From Lepidodermella squamata (Eukaryota > Animalia > Gastrotricha), in assembly GCA_047495785.1 (NCBI GenBank), contig JBLDXI010000025.1, positions 1,922,001-1,986,000 of the forward strand: a stretch of 64,000 nucleotides of DNA. The letters run 5' to 3'. The notes below the pieces were generated by a model. It did no database searches, was not told where the DNA came from, and was given only the letters and a program-made list of their open reading frames with translations. The first letter of the stretch is position 1; each line of letters starts with the position of its first letter. Shown piece after piece: positions 1-13,100 of the stretch. Position numbers and translations under genes: made by a program.

Positions 1-430
1 TCGCAAAAAAAATCAATCTCAATTGAATTCCAATATTCGAACGTGGGTGAAAAAACAGAAATATTTCGTATTTCTTCAGATAACTGACGGGAAAAAATAT
101 CATATTTTTAGAATAAAACTTCCATTCCTAAACAAATTAAAATTCGATAATTTTAATCAATAAATTAACACTAATTTTTCAGCAGATTTCGGGAGGCTTG
201 CTAAGCCGATTTTTTTGGCTTGTGTAAGTGAAGTTGAAGGGGCTGACATTTTGACGTATAAAACGGAAAAAATCAGCTTGTCTTAGCCGTCGCTGAGCCG
301 ATAATTGCGCACTTTCCCACTCGCTATTTAAACCCGCGAAAAATATTCCGCCACTAAAAGCTTTTTTATTCACAAAATTATTTTATTATTACCCCCCACA
401 ATCTATCAATCAAAAATATTTTCTACAAAA

Positions 431-883
431 ATGTCCATGAAACTTGCGTTTATCAGCTTTTTCCTCCTAGCCGTTTCTTGCGGCTACCTGAACGCCGATG
501 AAGAGATCAAGCGTGCAATGAGCAAGCCTGTCCTTAAATCGTGGACTCGAGGCCAGAAGTACGGCCCTGGGCTGCACATCGTCGCGCGGCAGCGTCGCCA
601 CATCGACCCCGAAGACTGGGTTGAAGCTGATGAAGATGATGAGTCGGTTGCCAAGCGCCGCGTCCCAGCCGCCCTTCAATTCGCCGCCAAGTACGCCAAT
701 GAGAAGCGAGATGGCTACGATGATGATGCGTTCTTCTTCAAGACGAAACGCGCCTTCCCAGGCCTGATGGCGGCTTCGAGGGCTCGCAACAACGGCGGCG
801 GGTATCGCTTCAAGCCAACCAGCTACAACAGCCTCTATCCATCATCGTCGTTCGAGCAGGATGAAGATGATGAAATGATGTGA
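431..883 (+). CDS. Neuropeptide/prohormone-like precursor (single exon)
   Basis: Signal peptide (MKLAFISFFLLAVSCG), several dibasic KR/RR sites and acidic spacers (EADEDDES, DGYDDD, EQDEDDE) flanking short basic peptides; AATAAA at about 979. Confidence 0.75.
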   Translation: MSMKLAFISFFLLAVSCGYLNADEEIKRAMSKPVLKSWTRGQKYGPGLHIVARQRRHIDPEDWVEADEDDESVAKRRVPAALQFAAKYANEKRDGYDDDAFFFKTKRAFPGLMAASRARNNGGGYRFKPTSYNSLYPSSSFEQDEDDEMM

Positions 884-1075
884 TCATGAAAAACTGGTTA
901 AAAATTATTTTAAAACTTGATTATATATAGTAGGATTTGCCAGCCTGTTTCTTACTCCCAGTGTTCTGTGAAAGTGTTAATAAACAAAATAAAACGTTGA
1001 GGTAGGACGCAGGGTGGATCATTTATTTGCTTGGCTTGACCGACTTAATTTCGCGCCTCTCATTCAGCTTATATT

Positions 1076-1919
1076 AGTGGCTTTTACACTGGCTTTTTTG
1101 ACTCCGTTTAAAACAGGGTAAGTAACGTCAACCGGTTTTCAACCGATGGTGTGAACACCTAAAAAACATAGGTCAGTTAAGTTTTTTTAACGCAACCCGG
1201 ATGACGTTGCTTAACGTGTTAAAAATCACGTTTATAACGTCAACCAGTTCGAAACAGGTTGCATAAAATAGCGGTGTGAACACTATTTAACGTCAACGCG
1301 TTGAAATTTACCATTCCCGCTCAAGTCACCATTCGTTTGATGCCGCGATAAAATTTACCTGGACGCCGAAAATTCGTATAAAAATAGGATATTAACTCAG
1401 CTGAACTGTCTTCATTTTATGACACCAAAATCCTCGCCGTACTATAAGCGTGGAATTTCTGGATAAATTATGCTTCGCAAATTTTTAGCCAATTTTTATG
1501 ATTGAAATTTTTATATGCAATATGCATGGGAAATTGCTGTGAATAATTTACAATCCAACTAGCTACCACAGCGCGCAAAGTTTCGCTTCGCGAAATTCTT
1601 GTAATAGCGAAAAATTAAAAATAATGTCAGCTTTCTAAAATTATTCAGAATTTTAAAAAAAAATGATGAAATTTGTTCTTGAACCGTAGGTAATACTAAC
1701 AGGTATAAATTTGGCATGATATCCTAATTATCAAAGCTAGGTAAACTTTTTCAATCCTTACATATTTCTCTTTAACGTAGATCTAAGCAACCGATATAAC
1801 CTTGCGTGTAAACGACGACAGTTTGCAACAGCTATTACGCAACAAGCCATGTCGTTAATTAGGTTTAAACCGTCAACGCGTTGAAGTTGTTTGGGAAAAA
1901 AGCCAGTGTAAAAGCCACT
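1076..1919. mobile_element. Non-autonomous DNA transposon (MITE), PIF/Harbinger-like
   Basis: Perfect 24-bp TIR AGTGGCTTTTACACTGGCTTTTTT (1076-1099; inverted copy 1896-1919), 3-bp flanking duplication ATT (1073-1075 and 1920-1922), internal subterminal CGTCAAC repeats, no transposase ORF. The superfamily is an inference. Confidence 0.8.
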
Positions 1920-2774
1920 ATTATTGATGTGAGGCGTTGTAACAGCAGACACGTGCTCGCAATATGCTTCATGTTGCAAATTTAAACTCTATGACAGAAT
2001 CTGTCCGAGAGCATAGAGACACAGACATTGATTTTTGACAATTTGAAGAAATAAATTCATCAGTTGAACCATTTACGGCATAGATTCAATGAGCAATTGC
2101 AATGAGAAACTCCTGATTTTCATTGGGTGTCCGACTTTTTATTCAGTTATTCGATTATCTCGACCAGCCAAGTCCTGATCGAAAAGACGTCACAAAAAAG
2201 TATAGGTTATGCCGAATCGATCTTGATGACCTAGAATGCTGATATTGGAAAAATCGCTGATTTGTAAAATCGATACTTGAAATCGATATCTGAGCTGACA
2301 GATTTTTCGACGTAAACACCAGAGGTTTTCGGGCAATGAAGTCTTCTACACCACTCCAAATGTTCATTTCAAGATGAGCTTCAGAAGTGGGCGACCCGAA
2401 AATTCGGGGTGAATAAAAAAACACACCCTAACGGAAATATTGAAATTCCAAGGACAACCTCCAACTCGAAGAACAATATTACAGAGAATCTTAGCGCTTC
2501 TAAACAAATTTGAAGTTTCATTTTTTTAATTGACTTTAACCCAACAACATTTTGTTAACATTGATGGAGCTTTCGACCCGATATCGGCCAAATTTCCGGA
2601 CTGAGCGATATATCGAAATTTTATTTAATTTTCGTAATTTTCCAATGACCATTTTTTCATGGGAAATGGGGAAATAGCGCTCGTGTGCTAATCATTTACT
2701 ACCATTGATAAAAAAACATCCAACTGTGAACAAAATAATGAATAAATTACTTGGTATCATTCAATTTTTCGCGA

Positions 2775-3862
2775 ATGAAATTAAAAAAATTGGCGGATCC
2801 TTATTCATTCCGCCTATCTTTATTACCGTTAATTCTTACGGCTTGTTTCACGTACCTGGTAACAATCAGTCTGTTCATCGGCGAGGATGCAGATAATAAA
2901 GCCGACTTTGCGGGTCTTCAAGAGCGAGTTAAAAGCCTCAGCCAACTTGTGAACACCCTGTCGTGCAGGCCGAAGCCACGCGTTGCTATTTTCACCATGG
3001 CAACCGGGCGTTACATCGAGTTTTTACCTAATTTTCTAGCGAGTGCCGCTAAATTTGCCCTCGTCGATGTTGCCATTGTCAATTTTTACATTTTCACCGA
3101 TCAAGTTCGGCAAGTTGAAGCGATGACGGAAGGCATACCGGGTTGTTACGTGTTTTACCAGGGCAAACTCGGATGGCCTCACGATTCGATGGATCGGCCG
3201 GAAATTTACTACAACGCGACAATGAGAAAGAAATTTCTGCAAGTGAGCAAGTTTTTTTTTAATTTTTAAAAATTACAATTAAATTTAAAAAATTAAAAAT
3301 ATGTTATAATTTTTAAAGAATATTTAATTCAATTACTAACTATTAATTAATTATCAATATTCATAATTTTATATTAATTGAAAAAAAATTAAATTTCTTC
3401 TAGAACAAACCCGATTACATTTTTTCACTCGATTCGGACGCTTATTTTGCGAGTTCTGTCGGTCTTGAAATTTTGGGAGATCTCGTCGCTACTCAGCATT
3501 TCTACTTTATGCGGAAGCCTCGAAGTGCTTACGAATTTGAATATCGCAACCAATCAACTGCCTACGTCGCTCCAGACGAGGGTTGGATCTACTTCACAGG
3601 GGCGTTTTACGGCGGTCGAACTCATAATGTGATACAAATGTGGCGTAGAATTGCTGATAATGTGCGCAAAGATTGGAATGACCATCAATTTGTCGCCTGG
3701 TGGCATGAAGAGTCGCATTTAAATCGGTATTTTATCGACCACAATCCGACGTTGATGTTAGGCGCGGGATACATCTATGTGCCTGGGTTCGATTTGGAAT
3801 CGGTGGGCGCCCTGGCGAAAATTATTGCACCTCCTAAAAATAATGATGTGATGCGTGCTTAA
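2775..3862 (+). CDS. GT6-family glycosyltransferase 1 (ABO/alpha-1,3-galactosyltransferase-like), type II membrane; exons 2775-3242, 3404-3862
   Basis: N-terminal TM; motifs ATGRY..F, YIFTD, LGWP, DxD (LDSD), EILGDLVA, YFTGAFYGG, WHEESHLNRYF; phase-0 GT-AG intron. Confidence 0.9.
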
Positions 3863-4104
3863 TTGACTTCATTTTTGTGATTTTTTGGAAAATGAAAGAA
3901 AAATAAAAAAGCTGTTAAAAAATATAAATTGGGAAGCAAAATTAATTTTTTAATTTTTTTCCTTTATTATTCATTGGAATTAAAAATTCAATTTTCGCGC
4001 ATTATTTTCGAGCGCGTGCTCAATAATTTTTTCGAGAATGTTTTCATCTTTTTCATACTCAAGAATTACTTATTTTATTTAGATTTTTCTTACGTTATCG
4101 AAAA

Positions 4105-7100
4105 ATGCGTCAAAGTGACATATTTTCAGCTCGATCTCTGCTCATAATTGCTGTTACCGTGATTTTTACCTATATCACAACAATCGCGCTATTCCTGAGT
4201 GATGGGCCATCGAATGACGTAGCAACTATCGCTAGCCAAATCGACAGCATTTCGCAAAATTTAAACAGCCTTCACTGCCGGGCTAAGCCTCGAGTCGCCT
4301 TTTTCACCATGGCAACCGGGAAATACGTTGAATTTGTGCCGAATTTTCTGGCAACTGCGGTCAAATTCGCGCTAAAGGACGCGGCGACGGTGAATTTTTT
4401 CATTTTCACCGATCAAGTTGAGGAGGTGGAAAAGATGGCGGAGGGTGTGCCAGGGTGCTTTGTGATGTATCAGAAAAAGCTCGGCTGGCCTTTCGACTCA
4501 ATGGGTCGACCTGCTATCTACTACAACGCCACAAAATCTCAAGTCTTTTTAGACGTAAGTTCTTGAATTCTTGAATTCGACGCTGTTGATTGATTTATCA
4601 ACTATTTTTTAATTTGGCAACTTTTTGTAGGAAATTAACTTAAATTAAACCTACCGAGAGAATAAAACAAAAATTAAAATTTACCATAGAAAACCGGAAA
4701 ACTACGATGGTAACTGGCTCGGTAATTTTCGGTATTTTACCTGGTTTGACCAAACTTTTCCGAATTCATTTAATCCCATTAACAAGTGAATACACTTGAT
4801 TCTCGTGGTTTTTTAAAAAAAATTTAAATTTTCACAGCCATGAGATCATTCTCATTTTAGAGTTTCTGAACCCTTTTCCGTGCATTTTTTTTGCTATGGG
4901 ACATGCTGTACAAGGTTTTTGCTTAAAAGTTTTTTTTTAACAAATCGATGATCAGGACTTTGGGTTATGGGTTAAGGACAGGATTCGTGGGTTAGGGTTA
5001 GGAATAGGATTAGGTCGATTTTCTGTTTTAACTTAGTTCGATTTTAGGGCTTTTGCACTTCACCAATTACTATTTTCGCAAGTGGAATAATTTGACTACG
5101 TTATCGAAATGAAAACAAGTCATGAAAACAAGTAAAATTCTTCCTTAATATAATCACTTCAACATCAGCGCTAGAAGACTTGCATCAATCAACAGCGCCG
5201 AAAGCGATATCACGGCGAATACAATCAGATCAACTTTTCGGATCAGACTCATCTTCACACGATTGAAGAGCAACACTTTTCGGCTGAATGTAGCCCGATT
5301 GGCTAGATCAACAGCAATCAAACAGTAGATCGCACAGATAACAGCCGCAGCCATTTGAGCGGCTAAGAAAATGAGAATATAGGGAATATCTGCCGATTTC
5401 GGAATCGACCCGCCGATTGATGACTGCGAAACAGCGTAGGCTAGCACGACAGTGATGCAAAAGTTGGGCCGGTCTGGATGATGGGGTGGCATGAAGCCAG
5501 ATGCGATCAAAACCAACTGCAGGCATAGGTTAGGGAAAAGAATGTTCAATACATGAATTTCGTAACGACGCTTGAAGCGAAATCTAGCCTCAATGGCATT
5601 GTAACCTGTTTTGTTGTAGACTGCAAATTCATAGCCTAGCAGGTCCCACGGGTCAATCGGAGACATGAAATTTTCAGCCAATAATACGAGTCGCTCTGGA
5701 GCGACAAATTTGATCAAAGATAGGTCGTAATAGGAATTCAATTCAATGTGACAGGTCTGCTGGTCAAACGGAAACTTTTTAAAGCTGTAAACATGGATGA
5801 AATTGTTAAGAGCAAGATTAGAATCTATCTGCTATTACCTTAGATTGCATAAAGATTCGAAGCGCGATTCCAAAAACATCATGTTCGTGCCATTCGAAAA
5901 AAGTAAGACAAATTGCTCTAAAATTAATCTGGCATAGAAGATGGAGTTTAGCAAATCTCTGGATATTACAGGCCAGCCTAACGAGTATACTTTCTCAACT
6001 TTGCCGAATCGCTGAGGGTGTTGGGATGCGAAACAAGCGGTATCCATGTCTCTGAGCCTTTCAGCGAGAAGAAGCCAAGTGGCTCGAACTTGGCAATGTG
6101 CGACCATTTGGTGCAATCGCGTTCCCAGCTGAACATCCATTCACCAAATACTGCGAATCTATAAATAATCAAGCCATAACTTTAGGCCTAGAATAAGATC
6201 TTTGTGTTTTTACGATTGCGTTACATCGTCGATGCCGCCAAATGTTGCAGGCGTGAAGGCGATTTCGATTTTAAGGGCCTCATTCGGATTGTTGGCGTTT
6301 GGCCAAACGATGCTTTTGTATATAAAGCAGTTAGTTGAAAGGTACTCATCAAGCTCTATCGCTAACGGAATCGGCGATGTAACATTATTTAGGTGCGATC
6401 TTGCCAAAGTAGCAAAGGCAAGCAAATAAACTAAAAAAAATATCAGTGCCATTATTTAAGTCTCACGTCGTATTCTTTCGAGATTTCAGATCTATTAATA
6501 CGCACAGAAGTTGATTTTGAACAAACATAATTATAGAAAGCACGGTTGTTAACCCAGGCCCAATATTTATTGAGTAAAAGCTGCTACTAATTACAGCCCG
6601 CATTTCGAAGAGTAATAGACACCCGTTGGCCCGGGCGGAGGATCCAACGAAATGTGGCAAAGGGCAAGGTAACTTGCGATAAGAATAAATAATTAATTTA
6701 AACTTCCAGAAAAGAAGCTATTTGTTATCGAGTAAATCGAGGTCATAGATAAATAAATACCACAGTAGATCTGACACGCTAGTACATTTATGTGTGCCTA
6801 GATGACTCATCACGATTTTTCGCTTTTTGGGTCGCGGGCTGGAAGAAATCACTTGATGAGGGTAATAATGTATGTACTGCAAAAGTGAGTGTCAAGTAAT
6901 CTGAAATGGAGCACTATCTTTAATTAATTTAATTTCCCTTTCCCTTTCTGGCAAAGTTTTAAACAGCAGAAGGTAGAAAAAGTATTTATTTTTATGCAGG
7001 TGGTCTTTCCTTGATTTATTGGTGAATTCAGGAACATTTTCTCGAGAAATATGAAAATCATTGCAAGGTCATTAGCGCTATCAAGATGACATCAATTAAC

Positions 7101-10100
7101 AACGCCGAAAGCGACATCAGTGCAAATACAATTAGGTCAATTTTCCGGATCAGACTCATTTTCACTCGATTGAAGATCATGACTTCACGGCTGAATTTAG
7201 CTCGATCGGCCAGATCAACAGCAATCACGCAATAGATTGCACAGAGAACAGACGTAGCCATTTGGGCGGCTAAGAAAATGAGAATGTAAGGTATATCTGC
7301 TGAATTAGGGATCGTCTCGCCGATCGATGACTGTGATACAGCGTAGGCTAGGACGACCGTGATGCAAAAGTTTGGCCGATCCGGATGTTGCGGTGGCATG
7401 AAGCCAGATGCGATCAAAACCAACTGCAGGCATAGGTTAGGAAACAGAATGTTCAACAAATGAATTCCATAACGGCGTTTGAAGTGAAATTTAGCTTCAA
7501 TGACATAGTAACCTGTTTCGTTATAGACTTTAAGATGATAGCCTAACATGTCCCACGGGTCGATAGGTGACATGAAATTTCCAGCTGGTAACATAGGCGA
7601 CTCGGGACCGACAAAGTTGAGCATAGCTGGGCCGTAAAAGGAATTCAATTCAATGTGACAGGTCTGCTTGTCGAACGGAAACTTTTTAAAGCTGTAAATA
7701 AGTCGTTAAGAGGTAAATTTGACTGTCATTACTATTACTTTAGATCACATAAAGATTCAAAACGCGATTCCAAAAACATCATGTTCGTGCCATCCGGGTA
7801 AAGTACGACGAATTGCTCCAAGATTAACCTGTCGTATAAGGTATAGGTTGTAAAGACAATGTCTGAATATGTTAGGTCACTCTAAATGTTACTTTCTCAA
7901 CTTTGCCGAATCGCTAATGGTGTTTGTGTGAGAAATAACCGGCACCCACGTCTCCGTGCCTTTCAGAGAGAAGGTGACAAGTGGCTCGAACTTGGGAATG
8001 TGCGACCACTTGGTGCAATTGCGCTCCCAGCTGAAAACCCATTCACCAAATACTGCGAAGCTAATTAATATAAATCAGGCCAAAGCTTCAAGACGTATAG
8101 TAGCTTATTTCTCCTTACGATTGCGTAGCGTCGTCAATGCCGCCAAATGTCTCAGGTGTGAAAGTGATTTCGATTTTAAGGCTCTCATTCGGACTGAAGG
8201 CGTTTGGCCATACGATGCTTTTGTAGATAAAGCAGTTAGTCGAAAGGTACTCCTCAAGCTCCATCGCTAGCGGAATCGGCGCTGTAGTATTATTTGGGTC
8301 CGATCGTATCACGGTCACCAAGGCTAGCCAATAAACTACGAAAGATTTTAGTTGCATCATATTCAAGATGGAACTTATCAAACTTTCTTTTGTTGGAACG
8401 CACGGAAGCTGAACTTGAAACAAACATAGTTAAAGAAAGCGCGGATGTAAACCAGAAACCAATATTGATCGATGAAAAAGCTTCTTCTAATCATGAGCCG
8501 CGTGTTTCGATATAAAGAAGACACCCGTGTTAGTATCCTTTCCAGGTGGTTAGTGATTATTCAGTCGGCTGCTTGATTACTTTGCCCCGTTTCTTGGGCC
8601 CTACGTCCTGGAAAGGGGTTTCAAAAACTCCATCAACGCCGGTCCGATATTGATTGTTGAACGATTGTTGAACGTACAATTGCTCATCACTCAGTGCACG
8701 GGATAATGTCATCGGATTAAACACTCAACACCAATACGTTTCAAAAGGTTTATTCATATTTTCAATACCAGCTACCGGTTTCAAGCCACCAACGCTCGAA
8801 CATCAGAAATGAGTTACGACGCACCTCCGTACGCAACAATAATTCGTAACTACGCATCAGCAATCTCGAAATACGCAATAGGAAATCGATCAGCAATCGA
8901 TTCAAAGATAATGCGCAATCAATACGCAATAGAAATGATGACTCATCTCCATGATGCAATCGATACGTCATAATAATTATGACTCATCATAGCTTCGACT
9001 TGATAAATATGAATCATCTATAGAAAGTACTATGATGGATCTTGGCAATATTCCAATGACGCAGTAGCATGAGCCTATATAAACTCCATGTTTCTCATTC
9101 TGTATCAACTAACTAACAAGCTTAACTAGCAGACCACTAGAACTAGCAAAGCTGACAAGCTCACGAGCTTTGATTAGTTTATGACACTAGAGTTACGTGT
9201 GCTACTAACTGTCGACGAAGTCATCCAAAGACTTCTGCCCTGTGTCACCGAACAAGTGTCGCAATAAAATATCAAATACCAGAATTAATTCTCTATCTGT
9301 TATTCGAGTTGATCAAGCTACTGGTTTGATATAACTCTGTTCTAATAGATAGGTGTGACAATAACAACAAAGAGGCGTGATACCTAAAACCTAAAACAAC
9401 CTAAAGCTACGCTTTCAGCATCCAGCTCCAGGGGAGAGTTAGTCAGGGGGTACGGCTGGCTTACCCTTATGAGTTCTGGAGTCGCCCTTTCCCTTTTTCT
9501 GAGTTATGGAACGGTGGAGGATGTCTTGCAGGAGATCTTGCCCTTATTTATTGGGAAACTAGCGAAATATAAAAATCATTGCGAGGTCATTAGCGCTATC
9601 AAGATTACATCAATCAACAGCGCCACAAACGACATCAGTGCAAATACAATTAGGTCAATTTTCCGAATAAGACTTATCTTCACCCGATCGAAGATCATGA
9701 CTTCGCGGTTGAATGAAGCACGGTCGGCCAGGTCAACTGCAATCACGCAATAAATCGCACAAACAACAGACGTAGCCATTTGAGCGGCTAGAAAGGTGAG
9801 AATGTAGGGTATATCAGCCGAATTAGGAATCGACCCGCCGATTGATGACTGCGAAACTGCAATGGCTAGGACGACCGTGATGCAAAAGTTGGGCCGGTCG
9901 GGATGTTGGGGTGGCATGAAGCCAGATGCGATCAATACCAGCTGCAGGCATAGGTTGGGGAACAGAATGTTCAACACGTGAATTCCGTAACGACGCTTGA
10001 AACGAAATACAGCTTTAATTACACTGTAGCCTTCGTTTTCCTGGATTATAAAATGATATCCTAACAGGTCCCACGGATCAATTGGGGACATGAACGTTTC

Positions 10101-13100
10101 AGCATTGGGTAGAAGGAATGGTTCAGTAGCGGAAACTTGGAAATGAGTTGTGTTGTAAAAGGAAAATAATTCAATGTGACAGGTCTGCTTGTCGAACGGA
10201 AACTTTTTAAAGCTGAAAAATGTATCATATATCTGAATGAGGTTGGTGTATTAATATAACTGATAATACTTAAGATCGCATAATGATTCGAAACGCGAAT
10301 CCAAAAACAGCCTGTTCGCGCCAGTCGGGTAAAGTACGACGAATTGCTCTAAGATTAATCTGGCGAGGAAGATGTTTAGATAATTTTTAATTTTTAGAAT
10401 AGCATAAAGCACCTTCTCAACTTCCCCGAATCGCTAAGTGTATTTGAGTGAGAAAAAACCGGCACCCATGTTTCTGAGCCTTTCAGAGACAAGCTGAAAA
10501 CTGGCTCGAAGTTCGGAATGTGGGACCATTTAGCGCATTCGCGCTCCCAGGTGAAGGCCCACTCTCCATAAACCGTGAATCTATGAGTTAGGACGCCGTG
10601 TTTTCGCTTGAAAGAAAGTATTTCTGCTTACGATTGTGTTACGTCGTCGATGCCGCCAAATGCTGAAGGCGAGAAGGTTACCTCGAGTTTAAGTGGACCC
10701 TTATGCGGAATAAAGGCGTTTGGCCAAGCAATGGTTTTGTAAATATAGCAGTTCTTCGAAAGTTTCTCCTCAAGTTCAACCGATAACGGCATCAGCGTAG
10801 TATCATTTAGGTCCGATCTTATCAAAGTCGCAAAGAAAAGTATAGAAATTGCAAAAGACCTCAGCAACATTATCCAACTTGTGAACTAATTTTTGCAAGC
10901 TGACAGATCTACTGAGACTCGATTCCCGGAAGCTGAAGCCGTTTGAACAAACATAGTTTGGAAAAGCGCGAAGGGAAACCAATACTAATTATCATAAAAT
11001 CTGCTTTGGAACTGGTGAAGCCGATTTAAAAATGGTTTCTCAGTCATTTTAAATTGATTATTTATTCTTTTATCGGCAACTTGAGTTTGCTTTGTCATGT
11101 TTCATAGGATTCTCCGTCCGGGCAGTGTATTTTAACGAATCAACTTCACTTAGCGATGTCGATGTTCACTATTCAAGCGAGTTTACCAATCAGCCTGTAT
11201 AGCTCATGCCGATTTCAGGCTTGCATTTGCGAACCATCTATGGGTTAGATTTGTCAATTCCCGTTTTACAGGAGGGCGGAGCAAAGTAGGCAATTGAATT
11301 CGATCAATTCTTAGGAACTTGCAAGTAAGTTTTTGCAAAGTGCCCATATTAGTGGGGGTAACAGTGGCCTTCACGAGTCGGTTCCTTTTAACGCTATGTT
11401 CAAATAGGATGTGGAATGTCGTAATGCAAAGACTCCCATCGTGGCCCCTTGACACAGCTCTAACTCAATTTTTGAATACCTACAATGAACCAACTTAATG
11501 TTTATTTTTCTGTCTTTTTTAACTTAGATAGCGATAGCGCCATAACGATGAAGAGAGTCCACATGTGTTTAACTCTTATAGGCTGTCTCCCTGTAGTTGA
11601 AAAAACAACTAATAGAAAGGCAGGTTATAAAGATGTTTTGGTGATCTTAGCCTGATTTATTGGTGAATTAGCGCGATTCTCGCAGAATATTAGTATTATT
11701 ATCCCATCATAAGAGCAATTAAGGTGACATCAATCAACACCGCTGAAATCGATATCGAAGCAAATACGATCAGATCGAATTTTCGAATAAGACTTATTTT
11801 CACCTGATTGAAGATCAAGACTTTGCGGTTGAATGTAGGCCGATCGGCGAGATCGACGGCTATTAAGCAGTAGATTGCACAGACGACAGACGTAGCCATT
11901 TGAGCGGCTAAGAAAATAAGAATGTAGGGTATTTCTGCCGATTTGGGAATTGAATCGCTGATTGATGACTGCGAAACAGCGTAGGCTAGGACGACCGTGA
12001 TGCAAAAGTTCGGCCGATCCGGATGTTGGGGTGGCATGAAGCCAGATGCAATCAAAACCAACTGTAGGCACATGCTTGGGAAAAGTATGGTTAGTAAGTG
12101 AATTCCGTAACGGCGTTTGAAGTAGAATTCAGCTTCGATGATATAGTAATCTTCTTCCATGTTAATACCAATTTCATAGTCTTGACATTCCCAAGAATCG
12201 ATGGGTGACATGAAATTTCCAGGTAATTCGGTTGAATTAGATACCGTGACATCGACGTATTTTGAGCTATAGTAGGACTCCATCTTTAGGGAACAAATCT
12301 GGTTGTCGAACGGAAACTTCTTGAAGCTGCAAAATATTAGTTGCTTCTAATTTTTTGTATGCAAAATACAATGGCTTCGCATACTCAAGATCGCAAGTTG
12401 ATTCAAACGGCGTTTCAAGATACAACTCGCTCTTGCCATCTGAGTGAAGTATTACAGTCTCATCAGCTATCAACCTGAAAAACTTCACGTTCAGCAGTAG
12501 GTCTTAACATTTGGTATCGGAGGAACAAGCATCGTAAGTCGCCAACTTTACCTTTTTGCATCGCGATCATGAGTTCGGCAAGTAAATTTGGCTTACTTTT
12601 TTATCTTTCCTGAATCTCTCAGCGTGTTTCCATGAGAAAATGATGGTACCCAAGTCTCCGCACCCCGTAAAGAAAGCTCGGTAATAGATGAAAAGTTAGC
12701 AATATGAGACCATTTTGCGCAGGCGTGCGTCCACGTGAAAATCCATTCACCAAATACGGTAAATCTAGAATATCCCTAAAATGTTCATGGATGCATCACA
12801 ACTCAAGCTTACGACTGCGCTGTTTCGTCGATTCCGCGAAAAGCTCTAGGGTCGAATTTTACATGAATATTGTGGCGTTCACTCCAATTGAAGTTGGGCC
12901 AAACGATGCTTTTGTGTATGTAACACTTCTTCTCTAGGTACTCCTTGACTTGAATTTCCAAAGGAACAGGCCAGTTATCATCCTCATTCGACAGCGCGAA
13001 AGATGCGAATGAAATCAGATATATTATAGTCTTCATCACCTTAGTTTGATCTATGAGGAATAACGTTTTAGCATGAATGCATACTGAACACTAATTTCCG

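Noticed and set aside
8820-8970. CRISPR-like or regulatory repeat array (repeated cgcaat/cagcaatc units)
   Set aside because: Irregular short repeats within the solo LTR; no constant repeat-spacer structure, no cas genes, eukaryotic context.
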